From NCBI RefSeq assembly GCF_001194135.2, contig NC_068981.1, forward strand, positions 178,047,168 through 178,111,125: DNA of 63,958 bases, in the 5' to 3' direction. Under the pieces are notes generated by a model. The model searched no databases, was not told where the DNA came from, and was given only the letters and a program-made list of their open reading frames with translations. Made by a program: the position numbers and the translations under genes. This document shows, one piece after another, positions 26,398-40,497 of this stretch (positions within the stretch are counted from its first letter, which is position 1; every line of letters begins with the position of its first letter). This DNA is from Octopus bimaculoides. Its lineage: Eukaryota.

Positions 26398-26959
26398 ATT
26401 ATATTCACATGTTCTTCATATTTTCTTTTTTGTTGTCTTTAAATTAAAATAAGAGTATATAAGTCAAGTATGAAGCATCACACGGTTTTCCCTTTCTTAT
26501 CTAAGCAAAATTCTTCTGAGTTCTCATACCTTATGACATTCATTCTTTTATGCGCATTTGAAATGCCTGTAGCTTACTGGGGGATATCATTGCAGTTTCA
26601 GGAAGGAAAAAAAAAAAGAGTGAAATGACATTTAAAAACAAAACTTTGCTTATTAGGACCTACTATGTAATGGGGGAAATGCCAACTCCACTCCTAAAAT
26701 ATGGGAAAACATAAACTGAAAGTATTTTACGTCAGAGGAAAAACATTGCATCTGAGTATGTCTGAAAACAGAAAACACCCAGCAAAATGACTATTGTGTG
26801 TTAATCTTAATATGCCCTAAGTTGATGAACTAGTTTGTCACTTAGTAATTAATCTCACTAGTGTCCATGTTAAGAAGAGACTGGCTAATTTACTAATTTT
26901 ATATTTCAAATAATGACAAATAATTTTGAGTAAATAAGTTCTTGCGTGGTTTGTTTAGC

Positions 26960-27160
26960 TACAGGTCAACCTGAATTGAGTAAATCTTGGCCAATCCATC
27001 TTTTTTAGGGGTATCTAGCACTACATCATTCAATGTGTCTTTTTCTTGTTTAAAATGGCAAGGTACAATTTGAGGAAGATTTGGCAGCCAGGTTGAACTT
27101 CTTTGATGGCCAGTATAATTTTGTGTGTGGTATGTGGTCAACATATTATCCTGAGAACAT
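26960..27160 (-). mobile_element. Possible RTE-type LINE 3' remnant
   Basis: YTGHQR...QIVPCHFKQ...VVLDTPKKDG loosely resembles AGHxxR-LVLWEP-YIDTLKKD. Weak. Confidence 0.3.
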
Positions 27161-27184
27161 GAACCAGAGGTCTAATATAGGGGG

Positions 27185-27234
<50 letters not shown>

Positions 27235-28120
27235 GCGCACGCGCGCATACTTATAAATACATTAGAATGTTGAATTCAGTATTCAAGACTTACAGGTAAT
27301 TTGGGGCTAAAGAAGTAACTATGTCACCTTGATAGATTTGGTTAAGTTGAATATAACAAGTATTTAGTTGTGTACCTATGTTGTATATCTCAGGTTTGAG
27401 ATGATGCAAGTTATGTGGTATTTACGAATAAAGAATATTTAGATTTGTAAAGATTGTTAGACCCAGCAATTGTGATGATTGATGATTATAGCTATATGGT
27501 ATCTATGAATAAAGTGATAATGATCTCATTTTGCTTTATTTAAATGTGTAGTTTGTTTAATTTTTATTTTTTTCTTCCTGTTCTTGTTGAGTTACAGTTA
27601 CATGTTGTTTTGAATATGTTACCATTGTAGGATATATGGAAAATAAAAGAAGGGTCTAAATTGATGCCATCAATCTAAGAGAGCATTTGGTTTGAGGTGA
27701 TGGGGGTGACAATCATTGATAGAGAAAGTCAAAGTAAAGACAGAACTCGAAATAATGTATTTTTGAGTTTATAAGATTATCATTTCTATGTTCCCCTGAC
27801 ATACAAGGAAACTTTCAAAGTGACCAGAAACGGGAAGTTTTGTCAGAAGATTCCCAGGCTGATAGACAAACACGCACTCCCATGCATGTGCGTTCATCCT
27901 TTGTTTACTCACGCATGTGTCAGCAAAGTCTACCTTGATAAGTAAACACTAGATATAATAAACAGAATAAAAAACAAACTAAGGAAAACTGTAAATGTGT
28001 TTCATTTACAGTTTTCAGGATCACAGTTTTCAGTAATATAGTTGCATATTACATGCCAAGAGGAGAAAAACAAAATAATTGCAGATAATTTGGTTGGATT
28101 ATATGGCTTTTACTACAGTC

Positions 28121-28171
<51 letters not shown>

Positions 28172-28784
28172 CATTGCTATTATTATTAAATAGAAACAAT
28201 CACTTTAATAGCATACAGAACAGTATTAAAGGAGAGAAATTTCTATTTCTGTTTATTCCAATATCAATTTTCTTTATTGCACCATTTATTTAGTTGTTTA
28301 CTGATAGAAGAAAATGTCCAAAAACTAAAGGTAACGAATTATTGGTATTGGCAATAATTTAATAGGAATCGTCTTTTTTTTTTTTTTTTTTTAAGGGTGT
28401 GTTTCTGGGACGGAGAGGTGATGTTATTTTTTACTCTTTCTTTCATTTTCTCTGATTACCACCTATGTCAAGCATTACATTTTCTGTGAGACATCTAAAT
28501 GTAATTACTGGAATATTACTATTTACTCTATTCTAGACACAATATACAAGGTTATGTTAAATGAAGTCACTAGCAAAAATCCAAGTAGCTAGTATATTCC
28601 AGTTTGGTATCAAGCTTAAGTTAGAGAAAGATATTTGCCATCTTCAAACGGCATAGGAAACAGTCTTCAGATATCTTAACTGTAGTATGTGTTAGAAATC
28701 CTAAGGCAGTTTGAGAGATATAGTTTGTACAAAATATCAACAAGCAGACAAAAAATCCATAATCAAATTTAATCTCCTCCCTAT

Positions 28785-29030
28785 CGTTGTCGTCATCATC
28801 TAACGTCTGTTTTCCATGCTGGTATGGATTGGATGGTTTGACACGAGCTAGTATGGCGGAGAGCTGCACCAGGTTCCATTGTCTGTTTTGGCATGGTTTC
28901 TATGGCTGGATGCCCTTCCTGCTGCCAACCACTTCATAGAATGCTATGTGGTACCAGCACTGACAGGGCCACCAAGTAACTTGGAAGACAAAAAAACCCT
29001 CAGCTGGGAGTGGTGTGGCTTTGTGCCATA
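28785..29030 (-). mobile_element. Diverged family-A-like retroposon
   Basis: (CAT)-like tail, ttccatgctgg and tggctggatgcccttcct motifs. A related copy lies at 32140-32480. Confidence 0.65.
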
Positions 29031-29071
29031 CATATATATATGTATATATTGGTGGCATATATACACACACA

Positions 29072-29398
29072 TGGAAGCGCAATGGCCCAGTGATTAGGGC
29101 AGCGGACTTGCGGTCATAGGATCGCGGTTTCGATTCCCAGACCGGGCATTGTGAGTGTTTATTGAACGAAAACACCTAAAGCTCCACGAGGCTCTGGCAG
29201 GGGATGGTGGCGAACCCTGCTGTACTCTTCCACCACAACTTTCTCTCACTCTTACTTCCTGTTTCTGTTGTGCCTGTAATTCAAAGGGTCAGCCTTGTCA
29301 CACTGTGTCATGCTGAATATCCCCGAGGACTACGTTAAGAGTACACGTGTCTGTGGAGTGCTCAGCCACTTGCACGTTAATTTCACGAGCAGGCTGTT
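29072..29398 (+). mobile_element. Family-B SINE, 3' end lost in the gap
   Basis: Near-identical to the reverse complement of 49636-50023; tRNA-like head with A and B boxes. Confidence 0.9.
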
Positions 29399-30086
29399 NN
29401 NNNNNNNNNNNNNNNNNNNNNNNNNNNNNNNNNNNNNNNNNNNNNNNNNNNNNNNNNNNNNNNNNNNNNNNNNNNNNNNNNNNNNNNNNNNNNNNNNNNN
29501 NNNNNNNNNNNNNNNNNNNNNNNNNNNNNNNNNNNNNNNNNNNNNNNNNNNNNNNNNNNNNNNNNNNNNNNNNNNNNNNNNNNNNNNNNNNNNNNNNNNN
29601 NNNNNNNNNNNNNNNNNNNNNNNNNNNNNNNNNNNNNNNNNNNNNNNNNNNNNNNNNNNNNNNNNNNNNNNNNNNNNNNNNNNNNNNNNNNNNNNNNNNN
29701 NNNNNNNNNNNNNNNNNNNNNNNNNNNNNNNNNNNNNNNNNNNNNNNNNNNNNNNNNNNNNNNNNNNNNNNNNNNNNNNNNNNNNNNNNNNNNNNNNNNN
29801 NNNNNNNNNNNNNNNNNNNNNNNNNNNNNNNNNNNNNNNNNNNNNNNNNNNNNNNNNNNNNNNNNNNNNNNNNNNNNNNNNNNNNNNNNNNNNNNNNNNN
29901 NNNNNNNNNNNNNNNNNNNNNNNNNNNNNNNNNNNNNNNNNNNNNNNNNNNNNNNNNNNNNNNNNNNNNNNNNNNNNNNNNNNNNNNNNNNNNNNNNNNN
30001 NNNNNNNNNNNNNNNNNNNNNNNNNNNNNNNNNNNNNNNNNNNNNNNNNNNNNNNNNNNNNNNNNNNNNNNNNNNNGGAGTTAAAC

Positions 30087-30119
<33 letters not shown>

Positions 30120-30299
30120 AGAGGAAAAAATATTTTTACAATATATTAAATTAAAGGAGGTAGCTAATTGCAAGAACTGATGAAAGGAGAACTTGAAGAA
30201 ATATGCAATAATAAGGTGAAAACCTGTAGGTAATTTGATAAGCCACATCAATTTGCAGGGGGGGGGGGTTAGTATAACTATGTCAAAGGATGAAGCTAG

Positions 30300-30720
30300 T
30301 TTATCATAACCTTTTTACATATGAGAACTGTAAAGAGTGCAAGTGAAACGGATCCAGTAGCTATTAGATCAAAGGTATTGTTGAATTGCATTAAAGAAAA
30401 AGTTCCACAGAATAGTGGTCCTTAAAGATGAATAATGTTTGGTGTGTAGTGTGCAAAAACTAAAATGTATAGGTGGAATGAAGTAGAAAGATCAAAAAGA
30501 AATGGAATAGAGCTGGTAACTTTTGAATAAGATAGGAAGTTATATAATAGAGATGGGAGAAGCAAGAGAACACAGCACATTAAAACATTTCATTCAGGGA
30601 AGACTTATCAATCAGGTGAATAGCTTTCAGAAAAACGTATCATCTTAGCTGTGGAAAAATAGTATTCCCAAAGTGAAGCTATTGTAGAAATTCAAGAGCT
30701 ATTCAAAGCTGAAATATATT
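30300..30720 (-). mobile_element. Decayed CR1/Jockey-group LINE 3' fragment
   Basis: LWEYYFS (LEYCS-like) and RTTILWNF (RTxxLWNxLP) motifs with strong strand purine bias. Confidence 0.5.
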
Positions 30721-32092
30721 TTGCTGCAAAAAAGAAACTAAGTTTCTTTGACTAAGCAATATTAATAAGGCTTCTAGAAGAAATTGTTGGAGATAGTAAT
30801 TCCTTATATATGTAATTATAGGGATGTTTTTAAGTCAGAAATTGCTGAAGAGTGATGGTATTTTTTTTTAAATAATGGTTCCTGATTAAAACACAAAACA
30901 AAAATTTCATAAAGGAAGAGTTAGTGATTCCACTAACACCAGTACTTGACTGGTATTTTATATCATTGACTCCAAAAGGATGAAAAGTAAAACCAGCTTC
31001 AACAGAATTTGAACTCAAGAAGGTAGAGAGATGGAAGAAATATCAACAGCATTTTCCCCCAAGCTCTAATGATTCTACCAATTCACCAACCTTATTTCTT
31101 GAAATAATAACATTATTATCTCATACATATTGGGAGATAAAGTAAAATTATGGAAGAAGTGAATGTTTTGTGAGAGTTACTGTTGTTAGGGATATTAATG
31201 GACAATATATTGGATTTAAAGAAAAGGGAAAATAAAAGGCTGTCAAATTTCATAGGAATGCATGAGATAGATAGATGTGCCATGTATAAAGAGACTTGTC
31301 ATGATGAAGGAGCCTTGGGAGACAGCAGAGTTGATGAGGGATTGTTCAAGGTGTTGCTGATAGAAATAAATATGGTATGAAAAGTGAGAAGATTTTGGAT
31401 AAAAGAAATTACATCCAAATGAAATCTATAATGGGGGGAAAATGATGTCAAAACATTTGCACATCAAATTTTTCATTGGCTGCTAACATTGATAGCACAA
31501 GTTTTACTTTTATTAAAACTTTCTAAAGCTATATCCTAAGTAGACTACATTTTTAGAAACAATATTGGTTGTAGTTAAGAGCTTATATGACTTACAATAA
31601 ATCTTTGTGTAAAAAGAAGACATTGAATAGTGTGCTTAAGATGAACTGATTCTGAACTGCAATATTTGAAAGTAAGAGCTGAGATGTCATTTAGTGAGGG
31701 ATCTAACAACTTTATGTTTTGATTTATCCCTTAATTGATAAAATCCCACTGGAAAAGGTATTTTTTACCAATCAGAAAAAAAAAATCCAAGAGAATATTA
31801 TTCAAAATCCTTGATAGATCAGCCTGTCCATTTTATAAGAGTTAATTTTGGAGCAATAAAGCTCATCCCTCTTTTAGTTATAACCACTCTGAACCAATAT
31901 AATGCATGCTATATCAAATAAAATAGACCAAATATTTTCATGAGGTTGGCAGGGGGGCTGGTGTGTGTGTGTGATTTACAACAAAAAATGGTTAATATAT
32001 ATTCCATACATATGTGTATGATTTACTACAAAAAATGGTTTACACACATGATTCACCCCCAAAAATAAAAGTTATATATACATACATATATA

Positions 32093-32140
<48 letters not shown>

Positions 32141-32574
32141 CATCACTACCATCCTTATCATCATTTAATGTCTATTTTCTATGCTGGCATGGGTTAGATA
32201 GTTTGACAGGAGCTGGCAAGCTAGAGAGCTTTGCTCCATGGTCTGCTTTGGTATGGTTTCTGCAGCTAGATGCCCTTCACAAAACAGAGTGTACTGGGTG
32301 CTTTTTAATGTGGCACCAACATCAGCAGGGTTACCAAGTAACTTGCAAGACAAAGACCTCTCAACTGAGAAAGAGAATGTCACTGAGAGAGGTGGCTTTC
32401 TGCAATGGTGAAAGATTAAGGCATAATAGGGGGATAGAGATAGGTGCCTTACCATAGAGGAGATACTTGGCCATCCTAGTAGGAAAAAAAGGAGAGGAAG
32501 GAGAGATAGAGTTAGAGAGAAAGACAGACAAAGAGTGAGAAAGAGAGAGAGAGAGAGAGAGAGAGAAATATATT

Positions 32575-33066
32575 TTTCTTTTTATTTAACTGCAGTCATG
32601 CTGGGGCACCACCTTGAAGGGTATTTGTCAAACAAATCAACCTGAGGACTTTTTCTTTTAAAACCTAGTACTTATTCTATCAGTCTCTTTTGCCGAACCG
32701 CTAAGTCACGGGGGCGTAAACACACCAACACTAGTTGTCAAGCAGTGGTAGAGGACAAACACAGATATATAGATATATGTGTATCTAAGTATACACATAT
32801 ATCTATGTATATATATGATATATATCTAAGTATATACATATACCTATGCATATAGTTAGATATATATCTAAGTATACACATACATATATACTTATATATA
32901 TACATATATGTGACAGGCTTCTTTCAGTTTCTGTCTACTAAATCCTTTCACAAGGCTTTGGTCAGTCCAAGGCTATAGTAGAAGACATTTGGCCAAAGTG
33001 TCATTCAGTGAGACTTAACCAGGAACTAAGTGGTTGGGAAGCAAACTTACCACACAGTCATGCTTG
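32575..33066 (-). mobile_element. Family-D SINE with the internal repeat expanded into a 41-42 bp minisatellite
   Basis: Body homologous to 61731-62131; tatctaagtata recurs at 32782, 32823 and 32865. Confidence 0.8.
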
Positions 33067-34774
33067 TACCATATATATATATAATGATTAGAATTGTAAC
33101 CTTTTGTATTTAGCAGTGATTTTTGTATTGTAGCTTGGTCACCGATGTAGGTAGATCAGATTATATTCATTATTACTAGCCAAGTCACCCTGACGGAGTG
33201 AAAACTGAGAACCTCATCATGTTATTGAGAACACCAAGAGTGACTTCATGTCAAGTTATTCAAAACCTCAATTGTAACTTAATTTTTTTAAATATTTCTA
33301 CTAATTATTTATAACTAAATATTCATTACTCACCATTTTTCAACATCTACCTTAGTCTAAAAGATAACCAAAGATAAGTAATTTTTCAACAAACTCAACA
33401 AAATAGCTTTTATAATTTTTACTTTCGCCTTTCATTTGACCCAATCAACTATGCTGCTCTTAAAGCAGCTTCTAAGGAATGCTTTTTTTAACCCCCTACT
33501 TTGTTCCTCCAAGAAATAATGCTTTCTTTCTCAGTAAATCAACCTTGAGTGTGCATATATGAATGAGTATGTGCAAGCACTCACATGTATGTTTAATGCA
33601 GTTTAGTTTTGTTTGCAGAAATAAATTGATTATAAATAATTAACAAAAGTTACTTCATAGTGTTCTTTTGTGTAAACTGATATTTTGTCCCCACTAAAGA
33701 ATTCTTATGCTGATATTCATTTCTTTTATTTAGTACAAGGCTACAAATTTGTAGAGGAAGGGTATAATTATTTGAATTAACCACAGTACATGTCTATTGA
33801 TTACTTTATTGACCACACCCACTGTTAAAAGGATTAAAGGTGAAACAGGGTGAACTCAGAATTCAGGAGAATGAAATTAAATACTATAAAATGTTTAGTC
33901 AAGTGCTCTACTCCATTCTAATATTCATATTAACTGTTTTATTCAGTTAACAAGTACTAATTTTTAAACACAGTTTCACCCACACCCACACACACCCTCA
34001 TGACAACAGGGAAGAGCAGAGTCTTCAGAATGGGAGTTGACAGATAATGTTGCGGATCAAAGTTTTCAATAACCAAATCATTTAGAAATTTTAACGAAGG
34101 TATACCAGAGAGATCAAGAAGCCTTGTGGTATATATAATTGACAGAAAACAAACAGTAACTGTACAGGAAATGAGATATGTAGACATTTGATGTCATAGT
34201 GATGTCATACCCTTTATATTTTAAGGCTAACATTTTCAAAGAAAAATTATTATAAGAATTAATTTGGGTACCATCAAGTTTCTAACTTATTTGACTTATA
34301 GATTGGTTATATGTATCTAAAAGATATCATCCATAGAAAATAGTATTTAAAATATTGATTTATTTATCCAGTATTTCCAACGGAATTTTGAAATATCTAA
34401 AATAAAAATCTATAAAGTAAAAGAACTGTTTTTAGAATATTCTTTCTAATAATTGAATAGATTTTCTGTTCAAATGAATAAGAAATACATTTTTCTGAAA
34501 GTGTCTGAGATGATTTTCAATACCTTTTCTTTTATTTTTCTAAATAAAATATTCCAGTAAATACTCATTTAGCTCAAAATTTTTCTCTTCACACGAATAA
34601 AACAAATTGACCTACAATTTTTAATTAATTTGTTTAAACTTATTAGCACTGATATTTCAATGGTATCTAGTTTTTCATTATCTCTGACTTGAATTAGAAT
34701 GTTACCAATCATACTAGTAGAAGCAAAAGAAAGATTTTCTCTGTAAAACATACTACTATTACTACGTACATACA

Positions 34775-34895
<121 letters not shown>

Positions 34896-35199
34896 ATTGA
34901 AACTCAAGCTGTGAGATAAAACATTCAGTTTCAATAAAGCATATTAACCTACATGTATTGAGCACTCCTCTCTCATTCATTCAACACTTATTCATGTATA
35001 TATATATTTAACAAATATCAACCACTGAGTTTCCCTAAGTTTGTGTCACCATAACTTTCTCATTGGTTCTAGACAGAAATGAAAACTGGATCACAAACAA
35101 CTAACTTACTGCATCCCAACATCTCACTATATTTTCAAGCTCATTAATTAATGGGATTAGAATGATAATAACGTTATCAATAATCGCCAACATCATTAC

Positions 35200-35960
35200 T
35201 TCCATTTAATCTGCTGTCCAGACTCATCAATTCCATTATTGTAAGGATTGTCCTGTCTTGAGGAAGCAGTAACATTTTCTCACATTTCATGAACATACTT
35301 CAAAGAGAATCACCCTTTCACTACTTTAATAACACATTTGGAATCTCAAATGATGCTGTATATTCCAAATTTGCTCTGCTACATACATAGAATCCACTCT
35401 CCTTGCTGGTTATCAGTAATGGCTTCCAGTTATTATTATTTTCTATACCTGCTGTCAGTGTCTCTTGCAGCTCTCCAAACACCTCTGATCACCATCAGCT
35501 ATCTACTTCCTGAATGAAAATAGTTATCCCACCACATCTCTTGCACTTCATATTAGCAAATTCTTCAACCTATGTTTGGTATAAGAACCTACTAGATAAG
35601 TTGTATGCCTATGGTCTATATCACTTTAGGATTAGAAGCTTCTTGTCAGATCACTTCATTGAAATGTACTGATAAGAATTGTCTCCAATCAACACTACGT
35701 TACTTCAAGTGCACCCCAAGGTTCAGTAATATCTCCACATTCTTCTTGTACATTAATGACCCACTCCCCCCAAACAACTGACATATCTATACAGATTACA
35801 GCAGCCTTCACTCCTCTTTAACCTTTTACACAGGTATCAATCATGCATGACCTAAACACCTCATTCTCCTACAAGGATACAATAAGTCTTTTTTCAACAA
35901 TACAAAGGTACAAATGCTACAGATATCAAAGGAAAAGATTTCGCCACACCCTAGTGTCAT
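35200..35960 (+). mobile_element. Decayed CR1/Jockey-group LINE reverse transcriptase fragment
   Basis: ALHISK, VWYKNLLDKLYAYG, IRSFLSD, APQGSVISP, FFLYIND and IYTDYSSLHS, i.e. the LDISKAFD-VWH-KLxxYG-PQGS-LYIND-YADD series. Confidence 0.8.
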
Positions 35961-37149
35961 CTTGAGGCATGGGTACACTGCACAATGACCTGGGGTCTCA
36001 CAGATTTAAGGGCCCAATTCTAAGCTATGTATGCTTTATCATGCTGTCAATAAATTATTATAGAGCCCAATGTACTGATATGCTTGGGGACCTATAATGC
36101 TGCTAATATAGCCCTGCACAAATCATGAAGAACACATAAAACTTCCAACATAAAAGCAACTGCTACTTATCACACTTTCTCTATGACTTATGTTATATAA
36201 CTTTACAAAATTGCATCAGAAAAGACTAGAATCTTCTTTAGGGTGAAGAAATGCTCTTATCCTGGTTAATTGCTGTTCCTTTACAATGCTTAAGTAAAAC
36301 TTACATTGTTAGCACTAGAACAATGCTTTTGTTGCTCACACAGATGCCCTACATCACATCCAAAAAGAAAACTGTTTGAATGATTTACTTGATACAAGCC
36401 TTTCTATTGGGGGATTCCATTAGACCTATTTTTGTATTGAGTCAAAGATATTTTTATCAAGAGTTTAGCCTTTAGTCTGCAGTCCAGTGAGATACAATTA
36501 CAATAGCTTTTTAGGTTTTCACATCCTTTCAGAATGACATGTTAGATTACTAAGTACTAAAGTATGACATTAGGAGAAAATGATGGATAAATCTCTATAT
36601 ATTTAAGCTCAATGAACTACAAACAGAAATCAATACTCTCTACATCTTCCTTAGACTGCTTCCATATCTGTACTATTTTTAGTAAACTGATGAAATTCTG
36701 CATTTGACATTTTATATTTGGTTTGCAACATTCTTGATGTTAACTTGAGTTGAAACAGATTTTGTTGCATCTTGGGAGGGTCATTATGCCAGGAATAAAC
36801 ACACACATGGTTTTATTTCACTTCTTTTGTTATTATCATGTAGGCATGTGACTTAATAGTTAGGGTGTTGAGACTCCCGATCATAAGATTGCAGTTTTGA
36901 TTCCTGGATTGAGTGACATTTTGTCTTCTTGAGCAAAACATTTCATTTCATTTCATGTTGCTCCAGTCCACTCAGCTGACAAAAACAAGTAGTCCTGGGA
37001 CAGAATTACCACACACCATTGTATCAGAACTGTAAATTTGCTAACGATAATGCTTAATAGTTACATGCACTATTGGTGTAAGGCTATCATGCAAGAATTC
37101 TATATATGCTATCCTGAACACAAACCCGGGTTGAGTTCCAGATGCTGCA

Positions 37150-37460
37150 TATTCTTTAGGCATAGGTATAGTTGTATGGTTTAAAAGTGTGCATCATAAT
37201 TTCATGGTTTAGGGTTCAATCCCACTGCTTTCCACCTAAGGCAAGTGTCTTCTACTATAGCCTCAAGCTAATGCCCTGTGAGTGGTTTTGATAAATTAAA
37301 ACTGTATGGAAGCTTGTCAAATGTATGCATATGCACACACATATGCACTTTGTTTACACCCCATCACTACTTGACAACTGGAATAGGTTTGTCTACATCC
37401 CTACAATTTAGAAATTTGGCAATAAGAGACTGATAGAATAAATCCCAGATTTAAAAAAAA
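37150..37460 (+). mobile_element. Diverged family-D SINE
   Basis: gggttcaatcccactg...taaggcaagtgtcttctactatagcctc...cttgacaac...gtctacatccc. Confidence 0.65.
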
Positions 37461-37538
37461 AAGTACTGAGCTAAAATATTAGGAGAGTAGATGATAAAAT
37501 AATAATTCCAAATTAAACAGAATAAAAAATATGTTTAA

Positions 37539-37779
37539 CCCTTTAGCATTCAGATTAGTCTGTCAAATGTAATGCTTATTTATTCACATTGTTTTGAATT
37601 AATCATGCATTATCTTGTAGCTTTCACGCATTATCTCATAGCTTTGAGAGTTCAATGATGCGAATGTTTATTTTTAGAATAACATTGTAGGGCAGGTGTG
37701 AGAGGTTGGATCTGACCAATTTGAACAAAAAACAGGTAAAATATCTAGGTTGGATATGGCTAGTTTAAATGCTAAAAGG
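37539..37779. mobile_element. piggyBac-like TTAA MITE (family E)
   Basis: TTAA|ccctttagcatt ... aatgctaaaagg|TTAA, with a short internal tandem duplication. Confidence 0.8.
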
Positions 37780-38500
37780 TTAAGTCTGCTCAAAATGATG
37801 ATCTAACCTTTAGCAATGATAGCAAACAGAAAACCAAGGAATGAATTTATACATTGCTATTGCTATCAAGAATAATGAAAAGGACTGTTCAGTAAAAACT
37901 AAATTGTTTTAAGACTGAATATGTTTTAAACACATAAATGTATTTTCACATATTGATATAAATCTAATTAACTAGAAGCTAAGACATTAAAAATTCCAAA
38001 GCGGAGAATCTCTAACGGGTGCAGGCATAACTGCGTGACTTGGAAATTTGCTTTGTACCATATGGTTCTGGGCTCAATCCCATTGTTTACTCTGACTACT
38101 TAGAGAATGTCTTCTACCATAGCTTTGGTTCAGCTGACGTATCGTGAATGGAATTTAGGATTTTGGCTAATGGAAACCATGCAACAAGCTCATTGTGTGT
38201 GTGGGGGGATATTTATTCCAGTGAACTAAATACTTTAGGTATTTAGTTTGGTACTCATTCTATCAAACCCTACTGAATGGTAATGTATTGGGCTATGTCC
38301 CTTTTAAAAAGTAACCTTCCCTAGTGAACTAAATACCACAAGGTATTTAAAGATATTGACAAAATGAGTATCAGAATAATGTGCAGGGTCACTAATCTAA
38401 ACCTTTGAAGCCGGAGCCCTAGACTGAAACCAGTAATGGAAAAAGTAAAACTATTTTGCCTTAGAAATGATACTAGATGAAACAATGAAGGAATTGTCAC

Positions 38501-38538
<38 letters not shown>

Positions 38539-39186
38539 CATACATATGTGTTTGAGAGAGGGGGGAAGAGAGGAGAAAAAATCTAACTTGTCTCATATAA
38601 GTATAATATACAAAAATCAGAGTTTCTCATTTATCTGCTGTGTACATAATATTGGATTCATAAGTTTAAAAACAAAATATACCATGCTATGACAGATATG
38701 TTATTGTATCTGTGAGTAAAGGCAAATGTTTTTTCATCAGCTATCTCCACACCACAGATCTGCTTGACCAAAGTTGATTGTGGCCTCACAACACCAATAG
38801 CCACACAGTCAACAACTACTACTGTATGTAGATAGGGATGAGGGGTGAAACAAATACAGTTAATCAGATGTAGAAACTTCTGTTAGTACACTTAAAGTCA
38901 ACATAAAAATAATAATAAACTAAGAAATATGAAAAAAATTTATTAGAAGTATAAATCTGTAAACAACAGATAAACTAACTCTGATACTACTTATAAAAAG
39001 TACAGAGAACTTACTGTAGTATGTAGCTTAGCTATAAAGAATATTTGTGTTATCTAAGAGCCATGTATAAGCAAAAGTTTAGGTATAAATAAACAAATAT
39101 TCATTAAATGACATAGTAATAGTTTGTGGTAGTTGTTTAGAGAGAAACTAGCCTGTGTTCATATTCAGCCAGAATAGAAATCAAAT

Positions 39187-39221
<35 letters not shown>

Positions 39222-39699
39222 AGGCATTTATGTGTACAAAGTCAGCAAACTGGCAAAGTTGTTAAGATAGAATAGCTTGTGGTAATTCATTCCAGAGCTT
39301 TCTGCACTTCAAATCCTGCAGAAGGCAACTCTTGATTTTCATCCTTTCAAAGTCAAGAAAGGACCAGTTGTGGTTGGCAGAATCATTTGAGCATTGCCTC
39401 ATGGCAGAATTGCTAGAAAGATGCCCTGATCCTCCTCATTTTTGTTCTGAGTTCAAATTCCACTCCTACCACCAGCCCCTCCTTACAGGAACGGAACCTT
39501 CAGGACCTGGCTAATAGTTATAGGCCTCCCGTGTCAGATATATGTGTACAAACAAGAAAAATGAAAAAAGGAAGCACTCAATACCTTCTGTAGATTTTAT
39601 AATGATTTGCTATTGTGTTACTATACTTGTCTATACAGCAGTGCCCCTTTTTTTTTTTGTTGAGACAATATCACTTCCATCGTCAAACAGCAGAATAGG

Positions 39700-40190
39700 A
39701 AACACACAGCTACACAGCCCTCATCCCAACTGCCACCTTGAAATTGTTGAAATTAATCCACTTGTTTACTCAAGAGAACTTGCCCTTCCACAGAGTTGAT
39801 GTACTGGGTATCAATTATACCATCTGGCTCTATCCAGAGGAACAAGGAGGAGGGAATTCCTACTAAGAACTTCAAGGGTCATTACAATCATGGACTACAT
39901 TCTTTTAGATCTAGGGTCAGAGAAAATTCCAACTTTCCTATCCTGATTCACACGGAAATTCAAAGACCAAGGATACTATTACTCTACTATAACTTGGAAT
40001 ATTGTTGACAGAGCCACCCAATATTCCAAAGGATCACATAAACCATAAATTTTGCCAATCTAAAAAGTTTCAGGTACTCAAACATCCCACAATATCTCTC
40101 AAAAGAAAATCTGAGGTTATTATTTCCAGATGAAGCCAAGTGACACAAATTCAAAAAATTCTAATTACAAGCTATATGGAACAGCCCCAT
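39700..40190 (+). mobile_element. Decayed Penelope-like element (Penelope/Poseidon-type) GIY-YIG C-terminal fragment
   Basis: KNFKGHYNHGLHSFRSRVRENS, then after a shift FLS*FTRKFKDQGYYYSTITWNIVDRATQY, then FCQSKKF and LKRKSEVIIS. This matches FKxRYxxHxxSF-ENSTxLSxxIWxLK-IxWxI-LCxxEK-LNKRSE. Confidence 0.7.
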
Positions 40191-40197
40191 TTGTTAA

Positions 40198-40497
40198 TCA
40201 TCATCATCGTCGTTTAACATCCGCTTTCCATGCTAGCTTGGGTTGGACGATTTGACTGAGGACTGGTGAAACCAGATGGCTACACCAGGCTCCAATCTGA
40301 TTTGGCAGAGTTTCTACAGCTGGATGCCCTTCCTAATGCCAACCACTCAGAGAGTGTAGTGGGTGCTTTTACATGTCACCCGCACGAAGGTCAGTCAGGC
40401 GGTACTGGCAACAGCCACGCTCAAAATGGTGTATTTTATGTGCCACCAGCACAAGAGCCAGTCCAGGGGCACTGGCAACGATCTCACTTGAAAATCC
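40198..40497 (-). mobile_element. Family-A retroposon
   Basis: (CAT)n followed by a body homologous to 1-186. Confidence 0.85.

Noticed and set aside
27300-27720. Possible third Penelope fragment (KTTCNC on the minus strand)
   Set aside because: Only one short motif could be read, and the downstream GIY-YIG motifs were not recoverable.
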